A stretch of DNA of 64,000 nucleotides from Coprothermobacterota bacterium (GTDB taxonomy: Bacteria > Coprothermobacterota > HKB111): contig JBBIUB010000001.1 in the NCBI GenBank assembly GCA_037440465.1, forward strand, positions 96,001 through 160,000. The letters run 5' to 3'. A program made the position numbers and the translations under genes. The notes under the pieces are model-generated. The model saw nothing but the letters and a program-made list of their open reading frames with translations, was not told where the DNA came from and did not search any database. Positions 37,596 to 47,832 of this stretch are shown one piece after another (the first letter of the stretch is position 1; each line of letters opens with the position of its first letter).

Positions 37596-38732
37596 TTATG
37601 GCTCTACGGTTGCTCTGTAAATGTGCTTACCACCCTTAATCTCAATTATTACAGCAGACTTAATGGGGTCACCATTTTCATCAAATTGAATAACACCAGA
37701 AACAGCACTGAACTTAGCTACTTTCAGAGCATCCTTAATCTTTGTGCCATCTGTTGAGCCAGCTCTCTTAATAGCATCAAACATAACATTTGCAGCATCA
37801 TAAGCTAAAGCTGCCAGAGCATCAGGGTCTGTGCCAAATTTGGCTTTGAACCTGTTCACAAAATCCTGCACAATAGGCCTTGTGTCATCTTTAGAAAAAT
37901 GGTTGGTATAGAAGCCTCCTTCAATAGCATCTCCACCTATCTTGACAAGATCCGGAGAATCCCATCCATCTCCACCAAGGAAAGCACCTGTGAAGCCAAG
38001 GGCTCTGGCTTGTTTGGCAATTAATCCAGCATCGTTGTAGTAATCCGGGATGTAAATAAGTTCTGGGCCTGCAGCAATAATTTTTGTTAGTTGAGCATGA
38101 AAGTCGGTAACTCCAGCTGGATGTCCTTCAAAAGCTACAATGGTTCCACCAAGCTTTACAAACTGAGCTTGAAAGAATTCTGCTAGTCCTTTTGTATAGT
38201 CGTTTGCAATATCGTAAAGTACTCCTACTTTCTTTAGTCCGAGATTCTTGTAAGCAAAGTTTGCCCCTACTGTTCCCTGGAATGGGTCAAGGAAACAAGC
38301 CCTGAAGATAAAATCTTTACCAATCGTAACTTTGGGGTTAGTAGAAGTTGGAGAGATCATAGGGATCTTACTTTCTTGAGCTACAGAAGACATAGGAATA
38401 GAGCACTTACTCATAACTGTCCCCACAATTGCATATACCTTCTCCATCTCAATTAACCTGGTTGCTTCACTTACTGCTGTTGTAGGGTCTCCCTTATCGT
38501 CTGCTACTTTCAAGAAAATTTTTCTCCCAAGAATCCCTCCATTGGCATTCCACTCCTCAGCAGCAAGCTCTACTCCCTGCTTAGTAGAAATGCCAAAGGT
38601 AGCAGCTTCACCACTTATTGGAGCTACAACCCCAATTACAATATCTCCCACTTCAGCTTTAGGTTTAACAAAATAATATGCAACACCAGCAACTACAAGC
38701 ACCACTACTAAAATCCAAACCCAATTTTTCAT
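37596..38732 (-). CDS. livK: Branched-chain amino acid ABC substrate-binding protein
   Basis: N-terminal TM, NANGGILG, FRACFLDPFQG, GGDGWDS, LAYDA. Confidence 0.88.
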   Translation of the reverse strand: MKNWVWILVVVLVVAGVAYYFVKPKAEVGDIVIGVVAPISGEAATFGISTKQGVELAAEEWNANGGILGRKIFLKVADDKGDPTTAVSEATRLIEMEKVYAIVGTVMSKCSIPMSSVAQESKIPMISPTSTNPKVTIGKDFIFRACFLDPFQGTVGANFAYKNLGLKKVGVLYDIANDYTKGLAEFFQAQFVKLGGTIVAFEGHPAGVTDFHAQLTKIIAAGPELIYIPDYYNDAGLIAKQARALGFTGAFLGGDGWDSPDLVKIGGDAIEGGFYTNHFSKDDTRPIVQDFVNRFKAKFGTDPDALAALAYDAANVMFDAIKRAGSTDGTKIKDALKVAKFSAVSGVIQFDENGDPIKSAVIIEIKGGKHIYRATVEP

Positions 38733-38762
38733 GCCTTTACCTCCTTAAAAATAGTTTCGCCT

Positions 38763-38791
38763 ATTCTATCAATCATTTTCAATTCTGTCAA
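38763..38791 (-). promoter_or_regulatory. Sigma70 promoter for liv operon
   Basis: TTGACA (38791-38786) - 17 nt - TAGAAT (38768-38763). Confidence 0.75.
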
Positions 38792-38854
38792 TGTTTTTTA
38801 CAAAAGTTGATGTTACTATTTTGAAATGTTAAGGATTATTAGTATTATGAAACA

Positions 38855-38903
38855 ATATGCTGAAACGATGATAAATTAAGTTCAGCACATAGTTCAACAT
38901 GAA
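38855..38903. repeat. Degenerate nested palindromic REP-like element
   Basis: TGCTGAAAC...AAGTTCAGCAC..AGTTCAACATGA; colinear with 52376-52424. Confidence 0.5.
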
Positions 38904-39186
38904 AATAATAAAATAGATTCAGAAGATAAAAAAATAGATATTTATTTATAGTCAAGACCTTAACCTTAATCTACTCCGCTTTTTAATTTTAAATATCCTG
39001 TTATTTAACAATTCCTAAACATATTTTTTAAAAACACCTTTTTATCTAAGAATAACCAAAAAAATTAGAATTTTTAAATGAAAAAAATACTTAAATAAAG
39101 GAATCATATAGCATACCAGGAAATATTCATATGATTTAAATAGCATTAAAAAGTATAGTTAAACACTAAGATATGTTTATTGGAAG

Positions 39187-40005
39187 TTATTTAATCTTCT
39201 CTTCAAGAAAGAGGGTCTTCTGGTAAGCAGCCCAAACGGCTTTTGATATAGCTGTTCTGAAATTTTCTTTTTCCAGTTGATAAAGAGCTTCTGCTGATGT
39301 TCCTCCTGGTGAAGTTACCATATTCTTAAGTTCTGCTGGATGTTGTGATGTATGGATAGCCAGAAGAGTAGAGCCAAGTATAGTCTTTAATACCATTTCT
39401 TTTGCAAGATCTCGAGGAAAACCCAGATGAACTGCTGCATCTACAAATGCTTCAATAAAAAGAAAAATATAACTGGGTCCTGTTCCACTTACTGCTGTGG
39501 CCATGGCAACATACTGTTCATCTTCTACATATATCTCCTCCCCGAGAGCCTTCAACACTTCCCTTACCTTTTCCTTTGTATCATCATCAACCTCAGGAGT
39601 GCCTGTCCAGAGGGTTACTCCCTTTCCTATCTGGGCTGGAGTATTGGGCATAGACCTCACTATCTTGTTGTGTTTTAAACCTTCCCGGAGAAAAGATAGG
39701 GTAGCACCAGCAGCAATGGATATGACAACCTGTTTTTCCTCAAGCTTTCCCTGAAGGTCAGAAAAAACCGCCTTAAGGTTCTGCGGTTTTACTGATAAAA
39801 CTATAATATCAGAACCCTGAGCTGCTTCTAAATTAGAAGTAGTTACTTTTATTCCGAATTCGTTCTTTAAGCCATCTAATTTAGAAAGACGAGGTCCACT
39901 GGCGATGATATTTTTCGCACCTGATAGTTTATTAGTAAGTAATCCCTGAATAAAACTCCTGGCCATGGCTCCGCCGCCAATAAAAGATATTTTATCTATT
40001 TTCAT
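39187..40005 (-). CDS. proC: Pyrroline-5-carboxylate reductase
   Basis: FIGGGAMA, VKPQ, SIAAG, RSMPNTP, VTSPGGT. Confidence 0.93.
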   Translation of the reverse strand: MKIDKISFIGGGAMARSFIQGLLTNKLSGAKNIIASGPRLSKLDGLKNEFGIKVTTSNLEAAQGSDIIVLSVKPQNLKAVFSDLQGKLEEKQVVISIAAGATLSFLREGLKHNKIVRSMPNTPAQIGKGVTLWTGTPEVDDDTKEKVREVLKALGEEIYVEDEQYVAMATAVSGTGPSYIFLFIEAFVDAAVHLGFPRDLAKEMVLKTILGSTLLAIHTSQHPAELKNMVTSPGGTSAEALYQLEKENFRTAISKAVWAAYQKTLFLEEKIK

Positions 40006-40067
40006 ATTAGTCTCCTTCTTCTGATAGAATCAATTCATATTGTTTCTCAGTACTTATCTGATTATTA

Positions 40068-41582
40068 CTAAATTTTACCTTCAACACCAGAGGACTTTAA
40101 CAAAAACCTTTTGAAATCCTCAAGTTCCCTACTTAAAGATCTATCTTCTTTGAAGGGAGTAAGGAATTTACTATTTTCATCAAAAAAACGACGTGTTCCT
40201 CTGCCAGATAATTCCAAGCCTTGTCTTCTTACTGCTTCAAAAGAAACATACAATTCGATTGTAACTAATGAATAAAGATTATTAATTAGATCAAGAAGTT
40301 TCAAGACAGCATTCATCCCCATGCTTACATGGTCTTCCTGCCCTTGTGCTGTTGGTATAGAATCTGAAGAAGCAGGGTGGGTAAGGACTTTATTATAATT
40401 CACCAGAGAGGCAGCCTGATATTGAAGAAGCATAAGCCCATTATCAACTCCAGGTCTTTCTGCCAGATAAGTATGAAGTGATTTTTCGTATGTGCCACTT
40501 AAAATTTTATCAACTCTTCTTTCAGAGATAGACCCAAGAAAACTCAAAGCCAAATTTAGTGTATCCGCAGCCCAAGCAAGAGGAGCACCATGAAAATTAC
40601 CCTGACTGATAACCCGACCGTCAGAGGTAATAAGAGGATTGTCTGTGACAGAGTTTATTTCAGTTTCAATGATATCTTTTATAATTGATAAAGCCAAAAA
40701 AACAGTTCCATGTACTTGAGGAATGCATCTTATAGAATAGGCTTCTTGAACTCTATGAAGAGGAAGTGGGTTTATCAATTTACTATCCCGTAGATTATCT
40801 CTAATACTAAGTATGGTTTCTTTGAACCCTTTATGCGGACGTAAAGTAAAAACTTCATCTTCTAAAAAAGATGTTGAGGATCTCATAGCTTCAATTGTCA
40901 TAGAAGCTGCTAAGTTAAATAGTTTCCAGAGGTTTTTTCCAAGATGATAAGAATAGATAAGAAGGGATAACATTGCTTGAGTTCCATTTATTAATGCAAG
41001 CCCTTCCTTGAGCTTTAGAGGATAAGGTTTTAGTTTTAAAAAATCAAGAGCTTCGTTGCCTTTCATATGTTGGCCCTTCAACTGAACCTCTCCTTCTCCT
41101 ACTAAGGGTTGAGCTAAGTGTGCTAAAGGAATTAGATCGCCAGAAGCTCCAACTGAACCTCTTCTTGGAACTACAGGGTATACTTCATTGTTTAGAAACT
41201 CAATAAGATACCTAACCAGTTCCCCCCTTACACCTGAATAATTATTAAGTAGAGTGTGCGCTCTTAAAAGAAGCATAGCCCGTATCACAGGCTCTGGCAA
41301 TGGTTCCCCTAAGCCCTGAGCATGGCTTAGAATCAATTTTTTCTGAAGAAGGTGCGATTCTTCAGGAGTTACACCAATTTCCGATAGCGATCCAAACCCT
41401 GTAGTAATTCCATAAATCTGCTGACCACTCATAACAATTTTCTCTAAAACCAAGAATGTTTCATTCATCTTATTAAGTATAGTAGGATGTAGAATTACTT
41501 TTCTCTTTTCAAGAGCTACTTCGAGAACTTCATAAAGAGTTATGGGTTGATCACTTAGAATAAGTTCGTCTTTGTTATCCAA
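40068..41582 (-). CDS. hutH: Histidine ammonia-lyase
   Basis: YGITTGFG, LILSH, GSVGASGDL (MIO), INGTQ, YSIRC.PQ, GNFHG, QEDHVSM. Confidence 0.88.
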   Translation of the reverse strand: MDNKDELILSDQPITLYEVLEVALEKRKVILHPTILNKMNETFLVLEKIVMSGQQIYGITTGFGSLSEIGVTPEESHLLQKKLILSHAQGLGEPLPEPVIRAMLLLRAHTLLNNYSGVRGELVRYLIEFLNNEVYPVVPRRGSVGASGDLIPLAHLAQPLVGEGEVQLKGQHMKGNEALDFLKLKPYPLKLKEGLALINGTQAMLSLLIYSYHLGKNLWKLFNLAASMTIEAMRSSTSFLEDEVFTLRPHKGFKETILSIRDNLRDSKLINPLPLHRVQEAYSIRCIPQVHGTVFLALSIIKDIIETEINSVTDNPLITSDGRVISQGNFHGAPLAWAADTLNLALSFLGSISERRVDKILSGTYEKSLHTYLAERPGVDNGLMLLQYQAASLVNYNKVLTHPASSDSIPTAQGQEDHVSMGMNAVLKLLDLINNLYSLVTIELYVSFEAVRRQGLELSGRGTRRFFDENSKFLTPFKEDRSLSRELEDFKRFLLKSSGVEGKI

Positions 41583-41588
41583 TAAGCC

Positions 41589-41966
41589 TCACTCCAATAT
41601 TACCAGAGAGTCTCCGGTATTAACTACCTTTCCTTCTGAAACTAAAAGTTCAAATACTATACCATCTCGAGGTACCAATATCTCACTTTCCATTTTCATC
41701 GCTTCTATTAAAATAATTGCTTCTCCTTTTTTAATTGACTGGCCTTTTTGTGTCCTTATCTTTAAAATCCTACCAGGCAAGGGGGCTTTTACAATAACTT
41801 TTGAGCTTTCAGTAGACAAAGATGTTTGTTTTACAGTATCAACTTCTGAAGTTAAATTTCTTTCAATAATCTCCTGCTGTTGCACTTGTCTAACATCTTC
41901 CTTTATCTCTTCAACCTCGACTTCAAATAATTTTCCTTCTACTCTAACCCGAAAACGTCGTTGCAT
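41589..41966 (-). CDS. Biotin carboxyl carrier (MmdC-like)
   Basis: APLPG, EAMKME. Confidence 0.88.
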   Translation of the reverse strand: MQRRFRVRVEGKLFEVEVEEIKEDVRQVQQQEIIERNLTSEVDTVKQTSLSTESSKVIVKAPLPGRILKIRTQKGQSIKKGEAIILIEAMKMESEILVPRDGIVFELLVSEGKVVNTGDSLVILE

Positions 41967-41969
41967 ATA

Positions 41970-42284
41970 TTACCTCCATGATAGTCTTCGTGAAGATTCC
42001 AAAATTGAACATACTAAATTTCTAGATGTCTGCTTACGACCTGGTAAAATAATTCTATTTTCTTTCTCCTCTTCAAGTAGATAAAGAACTGCCCCCAGAA
42101 CAGCAGCTTGAGTCAAATGAATTTCGCTTTTTTCCATTTTATTCCTGCTTATGTTTTCAGTTATCATTTTTCTTTTGGTTCTGGTAAGTAAAATACCCAT
42201 AAGAAAAACAAGAAACCCTAAAGAACCAAGCACTACAAAAGTAGTAAACAATCCATTAATAGAAATTAATAAAACATCTTTCAC
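41970..42284 (-). CDS. OadG/MmdD-like small membrane subunit
   Basis: One N-terminal TM and AAVLGAV motif; located between carboxyltransferase and biotin carrier. Confidence 0.6.
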   Translation of the reverse strand: MKDVLLISINGLFTTFVVLGSLGFLVFLMGILLTRTKRKMITENISRNKMEKSEIHLTQAAVLGAVLYLLEEEKENRIILPGRKQTSRNLVCSILESSRRLSWR

Positions 42285-42304
42285 TTCTATACTCCAAAGA
42301 TTAA

Positions 42305-43846
42305 TTATAAAGGCATATTACCGTGTTTTCTCGGAGGTCTAAACTCTCTCTTATTTACAGCAACGAGAAGAGCCTGGCATAATCTCCAGCGTACATCTGT
42401 AGGTTCAAGAATATCATCTATGTATCCTCTCGCAGTAGCCACATAAGGGTTTGCGTATCTTGATTTATAATTTTCAATAAGAGAAGACCTTGTTTCTCCA
42501 GGGTTAGGGCTACCCTCTATTTCTTTCTTAAATATTATGTCAGCAGCTCCCTCTGGACCCATTACAGCAATCTCAGTAGTTGGTAATCCAAAAACATAAT
42601 CCCCTCCCAGATGTCTACTACTCATAGCAATATATGCTCCACCATAAGCCTTTCTCACTATTAAAGTTATCTTAGGTACCGTTGCTTCAGAATATGCATA
42701 TAAAAGTTTAGCTCCATGTCTAACTATTCCCCCATATTCCTGCATTCTTCCAGGCATATAACCTGGAACGTCAACTAAAGTAAGAAGAGGAATGTTAAAG
42801 GAATCGCAAAACCGAACAAATCGCGAAGCTTTATCAGATGAATCAATATCAAGAACACCAGCTAAGTATTGTGGTTGATTTGCAACAATTCCAACTACCC
42901 TACCACCAAGAGTACCAAAACCTATTACAAGGTTCGGGGCAAATGATTCTTGAATCTCAAAGAAATTCTTATTATCCAGTATTTCCTTAATAACTTCTTT
43001 CATATTGTATCCCTTTGTGGAGTCAACGGGAATAATCTCCTGTAAATACTGGGTTGACCTATCCAAAGGATCTGAGTTTTCTTTAGTAGGCGGGTCCTCA
43101 CTATTGTTAGAAGGTAAAAATGAAAGAAGTCTTCGGGTTAAAAGAAGAGCTTCTTTATCATCTGGAGCTACAAAATGGATGTTGCCACTGTGTTGAGCAT
43201 GAACCTCAGCACCACCAAGATCCTCAAGAGAGATTTCTTCTTGTGTTACTGTTTTTACAACTTGAGGACCTGTTATAAACATATAAGCAATTTTACTCAT
43301 AATCGTAAAATCTGTCAAAGCAGGTGAATATACAGCACCACCAGCGCAGGGCCCAAGGAGTACGGAAATCTGGGGTATAACACCAGAAGCAATAGTATTT
43401 CGATAAAAAATTTCTCCATATCCCTTTAAGGAATCAATTCCTTCCTGGATTCGTGCTCCACCAGAGTCATTGAGACCAACAAGAGGAACGCCATATTTTA
43501 AAGCGGCTTCCTGAACCTTCACAATCTTCTGGGCATGGGTTTCACCTAACGAGCCACCAGCGACAGTAAAATCCTGAGCAAAAACATAAACCAAACGACC
43601 ATCTATGGTACCGTATCCTGCAACGACACCGTCTCCAGGAAGTTCCTGCTTATCTAAACCAAAATCTGTTGCTCTATGCCTGGCGAATAAATCCTGTTCA
43701 ACAAAAGTTGTTTTATCAAGTAGTATCTCCAGGCGTTCACGAGCAGTTAGTTTCCCTTGTTGGTGGTGTTTTTTAATCCTTTCTTCTCCCCCTCCTAACT
43801 TAAGAGTCCTTTTGCGGTTCTTTAAGTCGTCAATCTTCTCCTCCAT
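42305..43846 (-). CDS. Acyl-CoA carboxyltransferase (methylmalonyl-CoA decarboxylase alpha / PccB family)
   Basis: GKLTARER, DSGGARIQEG, GPCAGGAVYSP, RKAYGGA, RKHGNMPL. Confidence 0.92.
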   Translation of the reverse strand: MEEKIDDLKNRKRTLKLGGGEERIKKHHQQGKLTARERLEILLDKTTFVEQDLFARHRATDFGLDKQELPGDGVVAGYGTIDGRLVYVFAQDFTVAGGSLGETHAQKIVKVQEAALKYGVPLVGLNDSGGARIQEGIDSLKGYGEIFYRNTIASGVIPQISVLLGPCAGGAVYSPALTDFTIMSKIAYMFITGPQVVKTVTQEEISLEDLGGAEVHAQHSGNIHFVAPDDKEALLLTRRLLSFLPSNNSEDPPTKENSDPLDRSTQYLQEIIPVDSTKGYNMKEVIKEILDNKNFFEIQESFAPNLVIGFGTLGGRVVGIVANQPQYLAGVLDIDSSDKASRFVRFCDSFNIPLLTLVDVPGYMPGRMQEYGGIVRHGAKLLYAYSEATVPKITLIVRKAYGGAYIAMSSRHLGGDYVFGLPTTEIAVMGPEGAADIIFKKEIEGSPNPGETRSSLIENYKSRYANPYVATARGYIDDILEPTDVRWRLCQALLVAVNKREFRPPRKHGNMPL

Positions 43847-43863
43847 ACTTCCTCCCTAATTAT

Positions 43864-43967
43864 TAGTAATAAGTTAAGAGTAATGAGTAACGAGTTTAAA
43901 ATCCTTAAATCTCAAATCCTCAAATCCTGTTTTTATTACTCATCACCAGTCACTCGTTACAAGTCAC
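43864..43967. repeat. Hairpin built from 7-mer repeats around an AAATCCT tract
   Basis: GAGTAATGAGTAACGAGT ... (AAATCCT)n ... ATTACTCATCAC..ACTCGTTAC. Confidence 0.65.
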
Positions 43968-43983
43968 ATATATAGGCGACAGA

Positions 43984-45798
43984 TCAACTTACCGGGACAA
44001 TTTGAATATTGGCTTCATATTTGTTAATAATATCGTCTAAATCACTTGCTTGAAGAACCTCTTTTTCTTTTAACTGATAGGCTACTTCCTCAGCTAAATT
44101 TTTCCTTTCTACTAATATTTCTTTCACTTTTTTATAGCACTCATCTACAATAGACCTAACTTCTGCATCAATTAGAGAAGCTATTTCTGCGCTTAACGCT
44201 TTTGCTTTTACAAGATCCCGACCCAGAAATACCATACCTTCCTTCTCTGCATAGTTTATGGGACCAAGTTGACTGCTCATCCCATACTCTACAACCATCC
44301 TATGAGCTATTTCAGTGGCTTGTTCAAGGTCATTCTCTGCGCCGGTCGTAATTTCATTAAGGATAATTTCCTCTGCTACTCTTCCACCAAGAAAAACAGA
44401 GATTTTCGCTAAAAGTTGTTCTCTTGTCATGATATAACGGTCTTCCGAAGGTAAAGGGATAGTATATCCAAGAGCCCTTCCTCTGGACACTACTGAGATA
44501 CGATGCACCGGATCAGCTTGCGGAATACACTTAGAAACTATGGCATGTCCTGTTTCATGAACAGCAATAATCAATTTCTCTCTTTCGCTTACAACTCTAT
44601 TCTTCTGAGGACCAGCAATTATTCTATCAACAGCTTCTTCTAATTCACTGGCATATATCATCTTCTTCCCGCGTCTGGCCGCTAAAAGAGCAGCCTCATT
44701 TAATAAATTACCAAGATCAGCACCGGAAAACCCTGGCGTACGTTTTGCAAGAGTCTCAAGGTTAACATCAGGTGCGAAAGGTTTCCCTTTGCTATGAACC
44801 TTTAAAATCTCCAAACGACCTTTAATGTCAGGTATATCAATCAACACCCTGCGGTCAAAACGACCTGGCCTTAGTAAAGCAGGATCTAAAATATCAGGCC
44901 TGTTAGTTGCAGCTATAACAATGACTCCAAGGTAAGGGTCAAAACCATCCATTTCAACAAGGAGTTGGTTCAAAGTCTGTTCTCTTTCATCATGGCCTCC
45001 TCCAATCCCCGCTCCTCTCTGACGACCTACAGCATCTATCTCATCAATAAAGATAATACATGGCGCTTGCTTCTTTGCTTGGTCAAAAAGATCTCTTACC
45101 CGAGAAGCTCCTACCCCTACGAATAATTCTACAAACTCAGAGCCACTTACCGTAAAAAATGGTACACTTGCTTCTCCAGCCACAGCTCGTGCTAACAGTG
45201 TTTTGCCACACCCTGGAGGCCCTATTAAAAGTACACCTTTTGGTATTTTAGCACCAAGAGTCTGGAATTTGCGTGGATCCCTTAAAAATTCTACGACTTC
45301 CTGAAGCTCCATCTTGGATTCCTCAACACCTGCAGCGTCTTTAAATGTTACCTTAGGCTTATTATCAAGGAATAGCTTGGCTTTGCTTCTTCCAAAAGAG
45401 AATGCTTGACTGTTGGCTCCTTGAAGCTGCCGGACGAAAAAAAAGACTAGAAAAATAAGGGCTGCCAATGGTAGAATATTAAAAAATATTGTCCCCAACC
45501 AGTCAGTACGCGGGGGTTTAGCAATAATATCAACATCATAACTTCTGATTCTCTCTACTGCTGCATCATCCAACCAGGGAACGTGAACTGAGTATTTTAT
45601 CCCTTCTTGTAGTGTCACTTTCAAGGTTTTATCTTCAATGACAACTGAACTTACCTTATTTTGGGATAATAATTCTTGAAATTCGGTATAGGAAATATCA
45701 GAAACTTTTGTATTTTGAGAATAGGATTGATAAAAACTCCACACCAGAATCCCTATTAATATCATAATAAAGAAGTATCTACTAAATTTAATATCCAT
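43984..45798 (-). CDS. ftsH: ATP-dependent zinc metalloprotease FtsH
   Basis: [27 protein letters not shown]. Confidence 0.97.
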   Translation of the reverse strand: MDIKFSRYFFIMILIGILVWSFYQSYSQNTKVSDISYTEFQELLSQNKVSSVVIEDKTLKVTLQEGIKYSVHVPWLDDAAVERIRSYDVDIIAKPPRTDWLGTIFFNILPLAALIFLVFFFVRQLQGANSQAFSFGRSKAKLFLDNKPKVTFKDAAGVEESKMELQEVVEFLRDPRKFQTLGAKIPKGVLLIGPPGCGKTLLARAVAGEASVPFFTVSGSEFVELFVGVGASRVRDLFDQAKKQAPCIIFIDEIDAVGRQRGAGIGGGHDEREQTLNQLLVEMDGFDPYLGVIVIAATNRPDILDPALLRPGRFDRRVLIDIPDIKGRLEILKVHSKGKPFAPDVNLETLAKRTPGFSGADLGNLLNEAALLAARRGKKMIYASELEEAVDRIIAGPQKNRVVSEREKLIIAVHETGHAIVSKCIPQADPVHRISVVSRGRALGYTIPLPSEDRYIMTREQLLAKISVFLGGRVAEEIILNEITTGAENDLEQATEIAHRMVVEYGMSSQLGPINYAEKEGMVFLGRDLVKAKALSAEIASLIDAEVRSIVDECYKKVKEILVERKNLAEEVAYQLKEKEVLQASDLDDIINKYEANIQIVPVS

Positions 45799-45803
45799 AT
45801 TTT

Positions 45804-45812
45804 ATTATAGCA
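45804..45812 (-). promoter_or_regulatory. Extended -10 promoter 5 nt before the ftsH ATG
   Basis: Minus strand TGCTATAAT-aaaat-ATG. Confidence 0.6.
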
Positions 45813-45816
45813 CCTG

Positions 45817-46353
45817 TTATAAATAAAGTTCTTCCTTGAGTACTCCTACAAACGGAAGGTTCCTATGTTTCCCACCAAAATCGAGTCCATACCCCACTAC
45901 AAATTTATTCGGTATGGAAAAACCTATGTACTCTACATTAACTTCTACTTTACGCCTTTCTTTCTTATCAAGAAGTACACAAGTCCTTAAACTTTTTGGA
46001 TTCCTTGAAGTCAATAACTCTTGAATATATTTAAGTGTCAATCCAGTATCTACAATGTCCTCTATAAGTAAAACATTCTTGTCTTCGACAGGCTCATCCA
46101 AATCTTTAATAATACGAACTACTCCAGAGGATTCTGTAGCCTTTCCATAGCTGGAAACTCCAATAAAATCTATTGTCACGGGAATCTCAAGTTTTCGTAT
46201 AAGGTCAGATGCAAAAATTGTAGCTCCCTTCAGCACAGATACTGTGTGGATAGTTTCGCCTTTGTAATCCTTGCTAATCTCTTTAGCCAGTTCTTCTACC
46301 CTAGCCTGAAGCACTTCTTCACTAATTAATACCTCTTCTATAAGATTTCCCAT
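45817..46353 (-). CDS. hpt: Hypoxanthine phosphoribosyltransferase
   Basis: VLKG, SSYG, IEDIVDTG, FVVGYGLD. Confidence 0.95.
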   Translation of the reverse strand: MGNLIEEVLISEEVLQARVEELAKEISKDYKGETIHTVSVLKGATIFASDLIRKLEIPVTIDFIGVSSYGKATESSGVVRIIKDLDEPVEDKNVLLIEDIVDTGLTLKYIQELLTSRNPKSLRTCVLLDKKERRKVEVNVEYIGFSIPNKFVVGYGLDFGGKHRNLPFVGVLKEELYL

Positions 46354-46435
46354 TTTACATCCTCCATGTTAATTATTTTTAGATAATCTTTCTTATTTAT
46401 TAATTTAGTGGGTCATTCTCCTATTAAGTTGCGTA

Positions 46436-47824
46436 TTATAGCTTAAGGATTCCCTTTTCTTTAACTGTTATGAGAATCCCTTCTTCCCCGACACCAACTT
46501 GGGCTTTATCAACGCCTATTATCCAAAAAACTCTTTCGTTATCCGCTAATACAGGTATGGCTTCCCTTTTATCTCTTTCAATTTTTTTATCAATCATTAT
46601 ATCCTGTATTTTCCTGGTATGACCTTGTATTCTTCTAAGACTTATCTTATCTCCGGGTAATCTTGATCTTACAATTAATGGATAACGATAGCTATTTAAG
46701 GGAAGAAATATCTCATTATCTCTTTCTTCTACTGGTTTTTTTGCATATTCTACTTTCAAAGTTACGCCAGATTCATCAATACGAGTGATCCCGGGTATAG
46801 CTAGAGTGTAATTAAAACTACACTTATCTGGCAAATCCTTTACTTCTACAAGTAAGGGTGAAATAGGTAATATTAAAAATTGTCCTTCTTTTTTGGCAAT
46901 ATAGCCAGTTTTAAGGTCTACTTCAACATCTTTACTTCTAGTTGTGATACTTAGTACTCTGTGTATCATATCTCTGCTTGCTTTAATGTCTAAATCTTCA
47001 AGAATAGTAAGAATTAATCTTTTCTTTAAAACTGAAGGAATACCACTGAAAAGGGAAAGGTCTACCCTCCAAAAACTGCCTACTTTTTTAGCAATTTTTT
47101 CTAAAATACCTTTTACGATATTTTCCATAAAGTAATCTACCTCTTTAGCATCTTCGGCTATAGAAAATAAGTGCTCTTTAAAACCTGGGTTGATTTTTAG
47201 TAATTCTGGAAAAATCTGGAGACGGACCTTATTTCTTATATACTGCATATCAAAATTGCAGGAATCTACTACAAAAGGAATTCCTTTCACGCTTGCATAT
47301 TCTAAAATCTCGTTGCGATAGAATGGTAAAAGAGGTCTAAATAAATCCTCTTTGAGAATCTCCATTGCCTTAAGACCCCTGATACCTACTCCAGTAAGTA
47401 ATCTATAAAATACAGTTTCCACCTGATCATCAGCATTATGTGCGGTCACAATATAACCTTCCCCTAATGAATCAAGACAGTCTCTTAAACCTTTATATCT
47501 CAATATTCTCCCTGCTTCTTCGGGGGATATCTTTTTTTTATTAACGAAATCTTTTACAGACTTTTTCTCTACAATCAAAGGAATAGACCACTCCCTGGTT
47601 ACCTTTTGAAGAAAAATAACATCTCTGTCTGCATCTTCTCTCATTCCGTGATGAAGATGATAAGCATAAAGGTTAAAACAAAATTCCTGAGCTACCTCTT
47701 TAAGAAGATAAGTAAGAACCATAGAATCCACTCCTCCTGATAATCCAATTAGTAAAAGACAACCATTAGAAGGTAGTGTCAAGGATGAAATTATTTTCTT
47801 TAATTTGGGAATTGGGTTTAACAT
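46436..47824 (-). CDS. tilS: tRNA(Ile)-lysidine synthetase
   Basis: SGGVDS, R.LRY, AHNADDQ.ET, RPLL, RNKVR. Confidence 0.93.
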   Translation of the reverse strand: MLNPIPKLKKIISSLTLPSNGCLLLIGLSGGVDSMVLTYLLKEVAQEFCFNLYAYHLHHGMREDADRDVIFLQKVTREWSIPLIVEKKSVKDFVNKKKISPEEAGRILRYKGLRDCLDSLGEGYIVTAHNADDQVETVFYRLLTGVGIRGLKAMEILKEDLFRPLLPFYRNEILEYASVKGIPFVVDSCNFDMQYIRNKVRLQIFPELLKINPGFKEHLFSIAEDAKEVDYFMENIVKGILEKIAKKVGSFWRVDLSLFSGIPSVLKKRLILTILEDLDIKASRDMIHRVLSITTRSKDVEVDLKTGYIAKKEGQFLILPISPLLVEVKDLPDKCSFNYTLAIPGITRIDESGVTLKVEYAKKPVEERDNEIFLPLNSYRYPLIVRSRLPGDKISLRRIQGHTRKIQDIMIDKKIERDKREAIPVLADNERVFWIIGVDKAQVGVGEEGILITVKEKGILKL

Positions 47825-47832
47825 ATTAGTAG

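Noticed and set aside
41572..42084. 170-aa plus-strand ORF and the many other short ORFs overlapping genes in the track (e.g. 28-219, 1565-1837, 12991-13368, 20022-20414, 26051-26449, 34330-34743)
   Set aside because: Antisense or alternate-frame shadows of well-supported genes, with no recognisable motifs.
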